Shown here: piece after piece, positions 42,501 to 55,589 of the stretch | Layout of the letters: every line of letters begins with the position of its first letter | How positions within the stretch are numbered: position 1 is the stretch's first letter | DNA from: Eledone cirrhosa | Lineage: Eukaryota | Direction: 5' to 3' | Length of the DNA: 64,000 bases | Assembly: GCA_964016885.1 (NCBI GenBank) | Contig: OZ024741.1 | Span: forward strand, 409,076,001-409,140,000 | Position numbers and translations under genes: made by a program | The notes under the pieces: model-generated | The model's input: the letters and a program-made list of their open reading frames with translations, nothing else | Database searches by the model: none | Told to the model about the DNA's origin: nothing

Positions 42501-45500
42501 TAAAAGGAAGACTGTACCTATTTTAAAAGGAAGACTGTACCTATTTTAAAAGGAAGACTGTGTACCTATTTTAAAAGGGAGACTGTACCTATTTTAAAAT
42601 GAAGACTCTACCTATTTTAAAAGGAAGACAGTACCTATTTTAAAAGGAAGACTGTGTACCTATTTTAAAAGGAAGACTGTACCTATTTTAAAATGAAGAC
42701 TGTGTACCTGTTTTAAAAGGGAGACTGTGTACCTATTTTAAAAGGGAGATTGTGTACCTATTTTAAAAGGAAGACTGTACCTATTTTAAAATGAAGACTG
42801 TGTACCTGTTTTAAAAGGGAGACTGTGTACCTATTTTAAAAGGGAGACTGTGTACCTATTTTAAAAGGAAGACTTACCTATTTTAAAAGGAAGACTGTGT
42901 ACCTATTTTAAAAGGGAGACTGTACCTATTTTAAAAGGAAGACTCTGTACGTATTTTAAAAGGGAGACTGTGTACCTATTTTAAAAAGAAGACTGCACCT
43001 ATTTTAAAAGGGAGATTGTACCTATTTTAAAAGGAAGACTGTACCTATTTTAGAAGGAAGACTGTACCTATTTTAAAAGGAAGACTGTGTACCTATTTTA
43101 AAAGGAAGACTTACCTATTTCAAAAGGAAGGCTATGTACCTATTTTAAAAGGGAGACTGTGTACCTATTTTAAGAGGAAGAAGATACCTATTTTAAAAGG
43201 AAGACCGTGTACCTATTTTAAAAGGGAGGCTGTACCTATTTTAAAAGGAAGACTGTACCTATTTTAAAAGGAAGACTGTACATATTTTAAAAGGAAGACT
43301 GTACCTATTTTAAAAGGAAGACTGTGTACCTATATTAAAAGGGAGACTGTGTACGTATTTTAAAAGGAAGACTGTGTACCTATTTTAAAAGGGAGACTTA
43401 CCTATTTTAAAAGGAAGACTGTACCTATTTTAAAAGGAAGACTGTACCTATTTTAAAAGGAAGACTGTGTACCTATTTTAAAAGGGAGACTGTACCTATT
43501 TTAAAATGAAGACTCTACCTATTTTAAAAGGAAGACAGTACCTATTTTAAAAGGAAGACTGTGTACCTATTTTAAAAGGAAGACTGTACCTATTTTAAAA
43601 TGAAGACTGTGTACCTGTTTTAAAAGGGAGACTGTGTACCTATTTTAAAAGGGAGACTGTGTACCTATTTTAAAAGGAAGACTTACCTATTTTAAAAGGA
43701 AGACTGTGTACCTATTTTAAAAGGGAGACTGTACCTATTTTAAAAGGAAGACTGTATCTATTTTAAAAGGAATACTGTACCTATTTTAAAAGGAAGACTG
43801 TGTACCTATATTAAAAGGGAGACTGTGTACGTATTTTAAAAGGAAGACTGTGTACCTATTTTAAAAGGGAGACTTACCTATTTTAAAAGGAAGACTGTAC
43901 CTATTTTAAAAGGAAGACTGTACCTATTTTAAAAGGAAGACTGTGTACCTATTTTAAAAGGGAGACTGTACCTATTTTAAAATGAAGACTCAATCTATTT
44001 TAAAAGGAAGACAGTACCTATTTTAAAAGGAAGACTGTGTACCTATTTTAAAAGGAAGACTGTACCTATTTTAAAATGAAGACTGTGTACCTGTTTTAAA
44101 AGGGAGACTGTGTACCTATTTTAAAAGGGAGATTGTGTACCTATTTTAAAAGGAAGACTGTACCTATTTTAAAATGAAGACTGTGTACCTGTTTTAAAAG
44201 GGAGACTGTGTACCTATTTTAAAAGGGAGACTGTGTACCTATTTTAAAAGGAAGACTTACCTATTTTAAAAGGAAGACTGTGTACCTATTTTAAAAGGGA
44301 GACTGTACCTATTTTAAAAGGAAGACTCTGTACGTATTTTAAAAGGGAGACTGTGTACCTATTTTAAAAAGAAGACTGCACCTATTTTAAAAGGGAGATT
44401 GTACCTATTTTAAAAGGAAGACTGTACCTATTTTAGAAGGAAGACTGTACCTATTTTAAAAGGAAGACTGTGTACCTATTTTAAAAGGAAGACTTACCTA
44501 TTTCAAAAGGAAGGCTATGTACCTATTTTAAAAGGGAGACTGTGTACCTATTTTAAGAGGAAGAAGATACCTATTTTAAAAGGAAGACCGTGTACCTATT
44601 TTAAAAGGGAGGCTGTACCTATTTTAAAAGGAAGACTGTACCTATTTTAAAAGGAAGACTGTACATATTTTAAAAGGAAGACTGTGTACCTATTTTAAAA
44701 GGGAGACTGTGTACCTATTTTAAAAGGAAGACTGTACCTATTTTAAAAGGAAGACTGTACCTATTTTAAAAGGAAGACTGTACCTATTTTAAAAAGAAGA
44801 CTGTACCTGTTTTAAAAGGAAGACTGTACCTATTTTAAAAGGAAGACTGTACTTATTTTAAAAGGAAGACTGTACCTATTTTAAAAGGGAGACTGTGTAC
44901 CTATTTTAAAAGGGAGACTGTACCTATTTTAAAAGGAAGATGTGTACCTGTTTTAAAAGGGAGACTGTACCTATTTTAAAAGCGAGATTGTACCTATTTT
45001 AAAAGGGAGACTGTACCTATTTTAAAAGGGAGACTGTACCTATTTTAAAAGGAAGGCTGTGTACCTATTTTAAAAGGGAGACTGTGTACGTATTTTAAAA
45101 GGAAGACTGTGTACCTATTTTAAAAGGGAGACTTACCTATTTTAAAAGGAAGACTGTACCTATTTTAAAAGGAAGACTGTACCTATTTTGAAAGGAAGAC
45201 TGTGTACCTATTTTAAAAGGGAGACTGTACCTATTTTAAAAGGAAGACTCTACCTATTTTAAAAGGAAGACTGTACCTATTTTAAAAGGAAGACTGTGTA
45301 CCTATTTTAAAAGGAAGACTGTACCTATTTTAAAATGAAGACTGTGTACCTGTTTTAAAAGGGAGACTGTACCTATTTTAAAAGGAAGACTCTACATATT
45401 TTAAAAGGAAGACTGTGTACCTATTTTAAAAGGGAGACTGCACCTATTTTAAAAGGGAGACTGTACCTATTTTAAAAGGAAGACTGTACCTATTTTAAAA

Positions 45501-48500
45501 GGAAGACTGTGTACTTATTTTAAAAGGAAGACTGTGTACCTATTTTAAAAGGGAGACTATGTACCTATTTTAAGAGGAAGCAGATACCTATTTTAAAAGG
45601 AAGACTGTGTACCTATTTTAAAAGGGAGACTGTACCTATTTTAAAAGGAAGACTGTATCTATTTTAAAAGGAATACTGTACCTATTTTAACAGGAAGACT
45701 GTGTACCTATATTAAAAGGGAGACTGTGTACGTATTTTAAAAGGAAGACTGTGTACCTATTTTAAAAGGGAGACTTACCTATTTTAAAAGGAAGACTGTT
45801 TACTTATTTTAAAAGGAAGACTGTATACCTATTTTAAAAGGGAGACTATGTACCTATTTTAAGAGGAAGCAGATACCTATTTTAAAAGGAAGACTGTGTA
45901 CCTATTTTAAAAGGGAGACTGTACCTATTTTAAAAGGAAGACTGTATCTATTTTAAAAGGAATACTGTACCTATTTTAAAAGGAAGACTGTGTACCTATA
46001 TTAAAAGGGAGACTGTGTACGTATTTTAAAAGGAAGACTGTGTACCTATTTTAAAAGGGAGACTTACCTATTTTAAAAGGAAGACTGTACCTATTTTAAA
46101 AGGAAGACTGTACCTATTTTAAAAGGAAGACTGTGTACCTATTTTAAAAGGGAGACTGTACCTATTTTAAAATGAAGACTCTACCTATTTTAAAAGGAAG
46201 ACAGTACCTATTTTAAAAGGAAGACTGTGTACCTATTTTAAAAGGAAGACTGTACCTATTTTAAAATGAAGACTGTGTACCTGTTTTAAAAGGGAGACTG
46301 TGTACCTATTTTAAAAGGGAGATTGTGTACCTATTTTAAAAGGAAGACTGTACCTATTTTAAAATGAAGACTGTGTACCTGTTTTAAAAGGGAGACTGTG
46401 TACCTATTTTAAAAGGGAGACTGTGTACCTATTTTAAAAGGAAGACTTACCTATTTTAAAAGGAAGACTGTGTACCTATTTTAAAAGGGAGACTGTACCT
46501 ATTTTAAAAGGAAGACTCTGTACGTATTTTAAAAGGGAGACTGTGTACCTATTTTAAAAAGAAGACTGCACCTATTTTAAAAGGGAGATTGTACCTATTT
46601 TAAAAGGAAGACTGTACCTATTTTAGAAGGAAGACTGTACCTATTTTAAAAGGAAGACTGTGTACCTATTTTAAAAGGAAGACTTACCTATTTCAAAAGG
46701 AAGGCTATGTACCTATTTTAAAAGGGAGACTGTGTACCTATTTTAAGAGGAAGAAGATACCTATTTTAAAAGGAAGACCGTGTACCTATTTTAAAAGGGA
46801 GGCTGTACCTATTTTAAAAGGAAGACTGTACCTATTTTAAAAGGAAGACTGTACATATTTTAAAAAGAAGACTGTGTACCTATTTTAAAAGGGAGACTGT
46901 GTACCTATTTTAAAAGGAAGACTGTACCTATTTTAAAAGGAAGACTGTACCTATTTTAAAAGGAAGACTGTACCTATTTTAAAAAGAAGACTGTACCTGT
47001 TTTAAAAGGAAGACTGTACCTATTTTAAAAGGAAGACTGTACTTATTTTAAAAGGAAGACTGTACCTATTTTAAAAGGGAGACTGTGTACCTATTTTAAA
47101 AGGGAGACTGTACCTATTTTAAAAGGAAGATGTGTACCTGTTTTAAAAGGGAGACTGTACCTATTTTAAAAGCGAGATTGTACCTATTTTAAAAGGGAGA
47201 CTGTACCTATTTTAAAAGGGAGACTGTACCTATTTTAAAAGGAAGGCTGTGTACCTATTTTAAAAGGGAGACTGTACCTATTTTAAAAGGAAGACTGTAC
47301 TTATTTTAAAAGGAAGACTGTACCTATTTTAAAAGGGAGACTGTGTACCTATTTTAAAAGGGAGACTGTACCTATTTTAAAAGGAAGATGTGTACCTGTT
47401 TTAAAAGGGAGACTGTACCTATTTTAAAAGCGAGATTGTACCTATTTTAAAAGGAAGACTGTACCTATTTTAAAAGGAAGACTGTACCTATTTTAAAAGG
47501 AAGACTGTACCTATTTTAAAAAGAAGACTGTACCTGTTTTAAAAGGAAGACTGTACCTATTTTAAAAGGAAGACTGTACTTATTTTAAAAGGAAGACTGT
47601 ACCTATTTTAAAAGGGAGACTGTGTACCTATTTTAAAAGGGAGACTGTACCTATTTTAAAAGGAAGATGTGTACCTGTTTTAAAAGGGAGACTGTACCTA
47701 TTTTAAAAGCGAGATTGTACCTATTTTAAAAGGGAGACTGTACCTATTTTAAAAGGGAGACTGTACCTATTTTAAAAGGAAGGCTGTGTACCTATTTTAA
47801 AAGGGAGACTGTGTACGTATTTTAAAAGGAAGACTGTGTACCTATTTTAAAAGGGAGACTTACCTATTTTAAAAGGAAGACTGTACCTATTTTAAAAGGA
47901 AGACTGTACCTATTTTGAAAGGAAGACTGTGTACCTATTTTAAAAGGGAGACTGTACCTATTTTAAAAGGAAGACTCTACCTATTTTAAAAGGAAGACTG
48001 TACCTATTTTAAAAGGAAGACTGTGTACCTATTTTAAAAGGAAGACTGTACCTATTTTAAAATGAAGACTGTGTACCTGTTTTAAAAGGGAGACTGTACC
48101 TATTTTAAAAGGAAGACTCTACATATTTTAAAAGGAAGACTGTGTACCTATTTTAAAAGGGAGACTGCACCTATTTTAAAAGGGAGACTGTACCTATTTT
48201 AAAAGGAAGACTGTACCTATTTTAAAAGGAAGACTGTACCTATTTTAAAAGGAAGACTGTGTACTTATTTTAAAAGGAAGACTGTGTACCTATTTTAAAA
48301 GGGAGACTATGTACCTATTTTAAGAGGAAGCAGATACCTATTTTAAAAGGAAGACTGTGTACCTATTTTAAAAGGGAGACTGTACCTATTTTAAAAGGAA
48401 GACTGTATCTATTTTAAAAGGAATACTGTACCTATTTTAACAGGAAGACTGTGTACCTATATTAAAAGGGAGACTGTGTACGTATTTTAAAAGGAAGACT

Positions 48501-50290
48501 GTGTACCTATTTTAAAAGGGAGACTTACCTATTTTAAAAGGAAGACTGTTTACTTATTTTAAAAGGAAGACTGTATACCTATTTTAAAAGGGAGACTATG
48601 TACCTATTTTAAGAGGAAGCAGATACCTATTTTAAAAGGAAGACTGTGTACCTATTTTAAAAGGGAGACTGTACCTATTTTAAAAGGAAGACTGTATCTA
48701 TTTTAAAAGGAATACTGTACCTATTTTAAAAGGAAGACTGTGTACCTATATTAAAAGGGAGACTGTGTACGTATTTTAAAAGGAAGACTGTGTACCTATT
48801 TTAAAAGGGAGACTTACCTATTTTAAAAGGAAGACTGTACCTATTTTAAAAGGAAGACTGTACCTATTTTAAAAGGAAGACTGTGTACCTATTTTAAAAG
48901 GGAGACTGTACCTATTTTAAAATGAAGACTCTACCTATTTTAAAAGGAAGACAGTACCTATTTTAAAAGGAAGACTGTGTACCTATTTTAAAAGGAAGAC
49001 TGTACCTATTTTAAAATGAAGACTGTGTACCTGTTTTAAAAGGGAGACTGTGTACCTATTTTAAAAGGGAGATTGTGTACCTATTTTAAAAGGAAGACTG
49101 TACCTATTTTAAAATGAAGACTGTGTACCTATTTTAAAAGGGAGACTGTGTACCTATTTTAAAAGGAAGACTTACCTATTTTAAAAGGGAGACTGTGTAC
49201 CTATTTTAAAAGGGAGACTGTACCTATTTTAAAAGGAAGACTCTGTACGTATTTTAAAAGGGAGACTGTGTACCTATTTTAAAAAGAAGACTGCACCTAT
49301 TTTAAAAGGGAGATTGTACCTATTTTAAAAGGAAGACTGTACCTATTTTAGAAGGAAGACTGTACCTATTTTAAAAGGAAGACTGTGTACCTATTTTAAA
49401 AGGAAGACTTACCTATTTCAAAAGGAAGGCTATGTACCTATTTTAAAAGGGAGACTGTGTACCTATTTTAAGAGGAAGAAGATACCTATTTTAAAAGGAA
49501 GACCGTGTACCTATTTTAAAAGGGAGGCTGTACCTATTTTAAAAGGAAGACTGTACCTATTTTAAAAGGAAGACTGTACATATTTTAAAAGGAAGACTGT
49601 GTACCTATTTTAAAAGGGAGACTGTGTACCTATTTTAAAAGGAAGACTGTACCTATTTTAAAAGGAAGACTGTACCTATTTTAAAAGGAAGACTGTACCT
49701 ATTTTAAAAAGAAGACTGTACCTGTTTTAAAAGGAAGACTGTACCTATTTTAAAAGGAAGACTGTACTTATTTTAAAAGGAAGACTGTACCTATTTTAAA
49801 AGGGAGACTGTGTACCTATTTTAAAAGGGAGACTGTACCTATTTTAAAAGGAAGATGTGTACCTGTTTTAAAAGGGAGACTGTACCTATTTTAAAAGCGA
49901 GATTGTACCTATTTTAAAAGGGAGACTGTACCTATTTTAAAAGGGAGACTGTACCTATTTTAAAAGGAAGGCTGTGTACCTATTTTAAAAGGGAGACTGT
50001 GTACGTATTTTAAAAGGAAGACTGTGTACCTATTTTAAAAGGGAGACTTACCTATTTTAAAAGGAAGACTGTACCTATTTTAAAAGGAAGACTGTACCTA
50101 TTTTGAAAGGAAGACTGTGTACCTATTTTAAAAGGGAGACTGTACCTATTTTAAAAGGAAGACTCTACCTATTTTAAAAGGAAGACTGTACCTATTTTAA
50201 AAGGAAGACTGTGTACCTATTTTAAAAGGAAGACTGTACCTATTTTAAAATGAAGACTGTGTACCTGTTTTAAAAGGGAGACTGTACCTA
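39570..50290. repeat. Homogeneous ~2.2 kb HOR sub-array (about 4-5 copies with internal rearrangements)
   Basis: TTAACAGG at 39905, 42118, 45691, 48441 and AAGCGAGATT at 41387, 44983, 47173, 47431, 47710, 49898. Unrearranged spacings are 2213, 2190 and 2188 bp. Confidence 0.85.
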
Positions 50291-53200
50291 TTTTAAAAGG
50301 GAGACTCTACCTATTTTAAAAGGAAGACTGTACCTATTTTAAAAGGAAGACTGTACCTATTTTAAAAGGAAGACTGTACCTATTTTAAAAGGAAGACTGT
50401 GTACGTATTTTAAAAGGGAGATGTACCTATTTTAAAAAGAAGACTGTACCTATTTTAAAAGGAAGACTCTACATATTTTAAAAGGAAGACTGTGTACCTA
50501 TTTTAAAAGGGAGACTGCACCTATTTTAAAAGGGAGACTGTACCTATTTTAAAAGGAAGACTGTACCTATTTTAAAAGGAAGACTGTACCTATTTTAAAA
50601 GGAAGACTGTGTACTTATTTTAAAAGGAAGACTGTGTACCTATTTTAAAAGGGAGACTATGTACCTATTTTAAGAGGAAGCAGATACCTATTTTAAAAGG
50701 AAGACTGTGTACCTATTTTAAAAGGGAGACTGTACCTATTTTAAAAGGAAGACTGTATCTATTTTAAAAGGAAGACTGTACCTATTTTAAAAGGAAGACT
50801 GTACCTATTTTAAAATGAAGACTGTGTACCTGTTTTAAAAGGGAGACTGTACCTATTTTAAAAGGGAGACTCTACCTATTTTAAAAGGAAGACTGTACCT
50901 ATTTTAAAAGGAAGACTGTACCTATTTTAAAAGGAAGACTGTACCTATTTTAAAAGGGAGACTGTGTACCTATTTTAAAAGGGAGACTGTACCTATTTTA
51001 AAAGGAAGACTGTGTACGTATTTTAAAAGGGAGATGTACCTATTTTAAAAAGAAGACTGTACCTATTTTAAAAGGAAGACTCTACATATTTTAAAAGGAA
51101 GACTGTGTACCTATTTTAAAAGGGAGACTGCACCTATTTTAAAAGGGAGACTGTATCTATTTTAAAAGGAAGACTGTACCTATTTTAAAAGGAAGACTGT
51201 ACCTATTTTAAAAGGAAGACTGTTTACTTATTTTAAAAGGAAGACTGTATACCTATTTTAAAAGGGAGACTATGTACCTATTTTAAGAGGAAGCAGATAC
51301 CTATTTTAAAAGGAAGACTGTGTACCTATTTTAAAAGGGAGACTGTACCTATTTTAAAAGGAAGACTGTATCTATTTTAAAAGGAATACTGTACCTATTT
51401 TAAAAGGAAGACTGTGTACCTATATTAAAAGGGAGACTGTGTACGTATTTTAAAAGGAAGACTGTGTACCTATTTTAAAAGGGAGACTTACCTATTTTAA
51501 AAGGAAGACTGTACCTATTTTAAAAGGAAGACTGTACCTATTTTAAAAGGAAGACTGTGTACCTATTTTAAAAGGGAGAGTGTACCTATTTTAAAATGAA
51601 GACTCTACCTATTTTAAAAGGAAGACAGTACCTATTTTAAAAGGAAGACTGTGTACCTATTTTAAAAGGAAGACTGTACCTATTTTAAAATGAAGACTGT
51701 GTACCTGTTTTAAAAGGGAGACTGTGTACCTATTTTAAAAGGGAGATTGTGTACCTATTTTAAAAGGAAGACTGTACCTATTTTAAAATGAAGACTGTGT
51801 ACCTGTTTTAAAAGGGAGACTGTGTACCTATTTTAAAAGGGAGACTGTGTACCTATTTTAAAAGGAAGACTTACCTATTTTAAAAGGAAGACTGTGTACC
51901 TATTTTAAAAGGGAGACTGTACCTATTTTAAAAGGAAGACTGTGTACGTATTTTAAAAGGGAGACTGTGTACCTATTTTAAAAAGAAGACTGTACCTATT
52001 TTAAAAGGAAGACTCTACCTAGTTTAAAAGGAAGACTTTGTACCTATTTTAAAAGGGAGACTGCACCTATTTTAAAAGGGAGATTGTACCTATTTTAAAA
52101 GGAAGACTGTACCTATTTTAGAAGGAAGACTGTACCTATTTTAAAAGGAAGACTGTGTACCTATTTTAAAAGGAAGACTTACCTATTTCAAAAGGAAGAC
52201 TATGTACCTATTTTAAAAGGGAGACTGTGTACCTATTTTAAGAGGAAGAAGATACCTATTTTAAAAGGAAGACCGTGTACCTATTTTAAAAGGGAGACTG
52301 TACCTATTTTAAAAGGAAGTCTCTACCTATTTTAAAAGGAAGACTGTACATATTTTAAAAGGAAGGCTGTGTACCTATTTTAAAAGGGAGACTGTGTACC
52401 TATTTTAAAAGGAAGACTGTACCTATTTTAAAAGGAAGACTGTACCTATTTTAAAAGGAAGACTGTACCTATTTTAAAAAGAAGACTGTACCTATTTTAA
52501 AAGGAAGACTGTACCTATTTTAAAAGGAAGACTGTACTTATTTTAAAAGGAAGACTGTACCTATTTTAAAAGGGAGACTGTGTACCTATTTTAAAAGGGA
52601 GACTGTACCTATTTTAAAAGGAAGACTGTGTACCTGTTTTAAAAGGGAGACTGTACCTATTTTAAAAGCGAGACTGTACCTATTTTAAAAGGGAGACTGT
52701 ACCTATTTTAAAAGGGAGACTGTACCTATTTTAAAAGGAAGACTGTACCTATTTTAAAAGGAAGACTGTGTACCTATTTTAAAAGGAAGGCTGTGTACCT
52801 ATTTTAAAAGGGAGACTATGTACCTATTTTAAGAGGAAGCAGATACCTATTTTAAAAGGAAGACTGTGTACCTATTTTAAAAGGGAGACTGTACCTATTT
52901 TAAAAGGAAGACTGTATCTATTTTAAAAGGAAGACTGTACCTATTTTAAAAGGAAGACTGTGTACCTATATTAAAAGGGAGACTGTACGTATTTTAAAAG
53001 GAAGACTGTGTACCTATTTTAAAAGGGAGACTTACCTATTTTAAAAGGAAGACTGTACCTATTTTAAAAGGAAGACTGTACCTATTTTAAAAGGGAGACT
53101 GTGTACCTATTTTAAAAGGGAGACTGTACCTATTTTAAAAGGAAGACTGTGTACGTATTTTAAAAGGGAGATGTACCTATTTTAAAAAGAAGACTGTACC

Positions 53201-55589
53201 TATTTTAAAAGGAAGACTCTACATATTTTAAAAGGAAGACTGTGTACCTATTTTAAAAGGGAGACTGCACCTATTTTAAAAGGGAGACTGTACCTATTTT
53301 AAAAAGAAGACTGTACCTATTTTAAAAGGAAGACTGTACCTATTTTAAAAGGAAGACTGTGTACTTATTTTAAAAGGAAGACTGTGTACCTATTTTAAAA
53401 GGGAGACTATGTACCTATTTTAAGAGGAAGCAGATACCTATTTTAAAAGGAAGACTGTGTACCTATTTTAAAAGGGAGACTGTACCTATTTTAAAAGGAA
53501 GACTGTATCTATTTTAAAAGGAATACTGTACCTATTTTAAAAGGAAGACTGTGTACCTATATTAAAAGGGAGACTGTGTACGTATTTTAAAAGGAAGACT
53601 GTGTACCTATTTTAAAAGGGAGACTTACCTATTTTAAAAGGAAGACTCTACCTATTTTAAAAGGAAGACTGTACCTATTTTAAAAGGAAGACTGTGTACC
53701 TATTATAAAAGGGAGAGTGTACCTATTTTAAAATGAAGACTCTACCTATTTTAAAAGGAAGACAGTACCTATTTTAAAAGGAAGACTGTGTACCTATTTT
53801 AAAAGGAAGACTGTACCTATTTTAAAATGAAGACTGTGTACCTGTTTTAAAAGGGAGACTGTGTACCTATTTTAAAAGGGAGACTGTACCTATTTTAAAA
53901 GGAAGACTGTGTACGTATTTTAAAAGGGAGATGTACCTATTTTAAAAAGAAGACTGTACCTATTTTAAAAGGAAGACTCTACATATTTTAAAAGGAAGAC
54001 TGTGTACCTATTTTAAAAGGGAGACTGCACCTATTTTAAAAGGGAGACTGTACCTATTTTAAAAAGAAGACTGTACCTATTTTAAAAGGAAGACTGTACC
54101 TATTTTAAAAGGAAGACTGTGTACTTATTTTAAAAGGAAGACTGTGTACCTATTTTAAAAGGGAGACTATGTACCTATTTTAAGAGGAAGCAGATACCTA
54201 TTTTAAAAGGAAGACTGTGTACCTATTTTAAAAGGGAGACTGTACCTATTTTAAAAGGAAGACTGTATCTATTTTAAAAGGAATACTGTACCTATTTTAA
54301 AAGGAAGACTGTGTACCTATATTAAAAGGGAGACTGTGTACGTATTTTAAAAGGAAGACTGTGTACCTATTTTAAAAGGGAGACTTACCTATTTTAAAAG
54401 GAAGACTGTACCTATTTTAAAAGGAAGACTGTACCTATTTTAAAAGGAAGACTGTGTACCTATTTTAAAAGGAAGACTGTACCTATTTTAAAATGAAGAC
54501 TGTGTACCTGTTTTAAAAGGGAGACTGTGTACCTATTTTAAAAGGGAGATTGTGTACCTATTTTAAAAGGAAGACTGTACCTATTTTAAAATGAAGACTG
54601 TGTACCTGTTTTAAAAGGGAGACTGTGTACCTATTTTAAAAGGGAGATTGTGTACGTATTTTAAAAGGGAGACTGTGTACCTATTTTAAAAAGAAGACTG
54701 TACCTATTTTAAAAGGAAGACTCTACCTATTTTAAAAGGAAGACTGTGTACCTATTTTAAAAGGGAGACTGCACCTATTTTAAAAGGGAGATTGTACCTA
54801 TTTTAAAAGGAAGACTGTACCTATTTTAGAAGGAAGACTGTACCTATTTTAAAAGGAAGACTGTGTACCTATTTTAAAAGGAAGACTTACCTATTTCAAA
54901 AGGAAGACTATGTACCTATTTTAAAAGGGAGACTGTGTACCTATTTTAAGAGGAAGAAGATACCTATTTTAAAAGGAAGACCGTGTACCTATTTTAAAAG
55001 GGAGACTGTACCTATTTTAAAAGGAAGACTGTACCTATTTTAAAAGGAAGACTGTACATATTTTAAAAGGAAGACTGTGTACCTATTTTAAAAGGGAGAC
55101 TGTGTACCTATTTTAAAAGGAAGACTGTACCTATTTTAAAAGGAAGACTGTACCTATTTTAAAAGGAAGACTGTACCTATTTTAAAAAGAAGACTGTACC
55201 TATTTTAAAAGGAAGACTGTACCTATTTTAAAAGGAAGACTTTACTTATTTTAAAAGGAAGACTGTACCTATTTTAAAAGGGAGACTGTGTACCTATTTT
55301 AAAAGGGAGACTGTACCTATTTTAAAAGGAAGACTGTGTACCTGTTTTAAAAGGGAGACTGTACCTATTTTAAAAGCGAGACTGTACCTCTTTTAAAAGG
55401 GAGACTGTACCTATTTTAAAAGGGAGACTGTACCTATTTTAAAAGGAAGACTGTACCTATTTTAAAAGGAAGACTGTGTACCTATTTTAAAAGGAAGGCT
55501 GTGTACCTATTTCAAAAGGAAGACTATGTACCTATTTTAAAAGGGAGACTGTGTACCTATTTTAAGAGGAAGAAGATACCTATTTTAAA

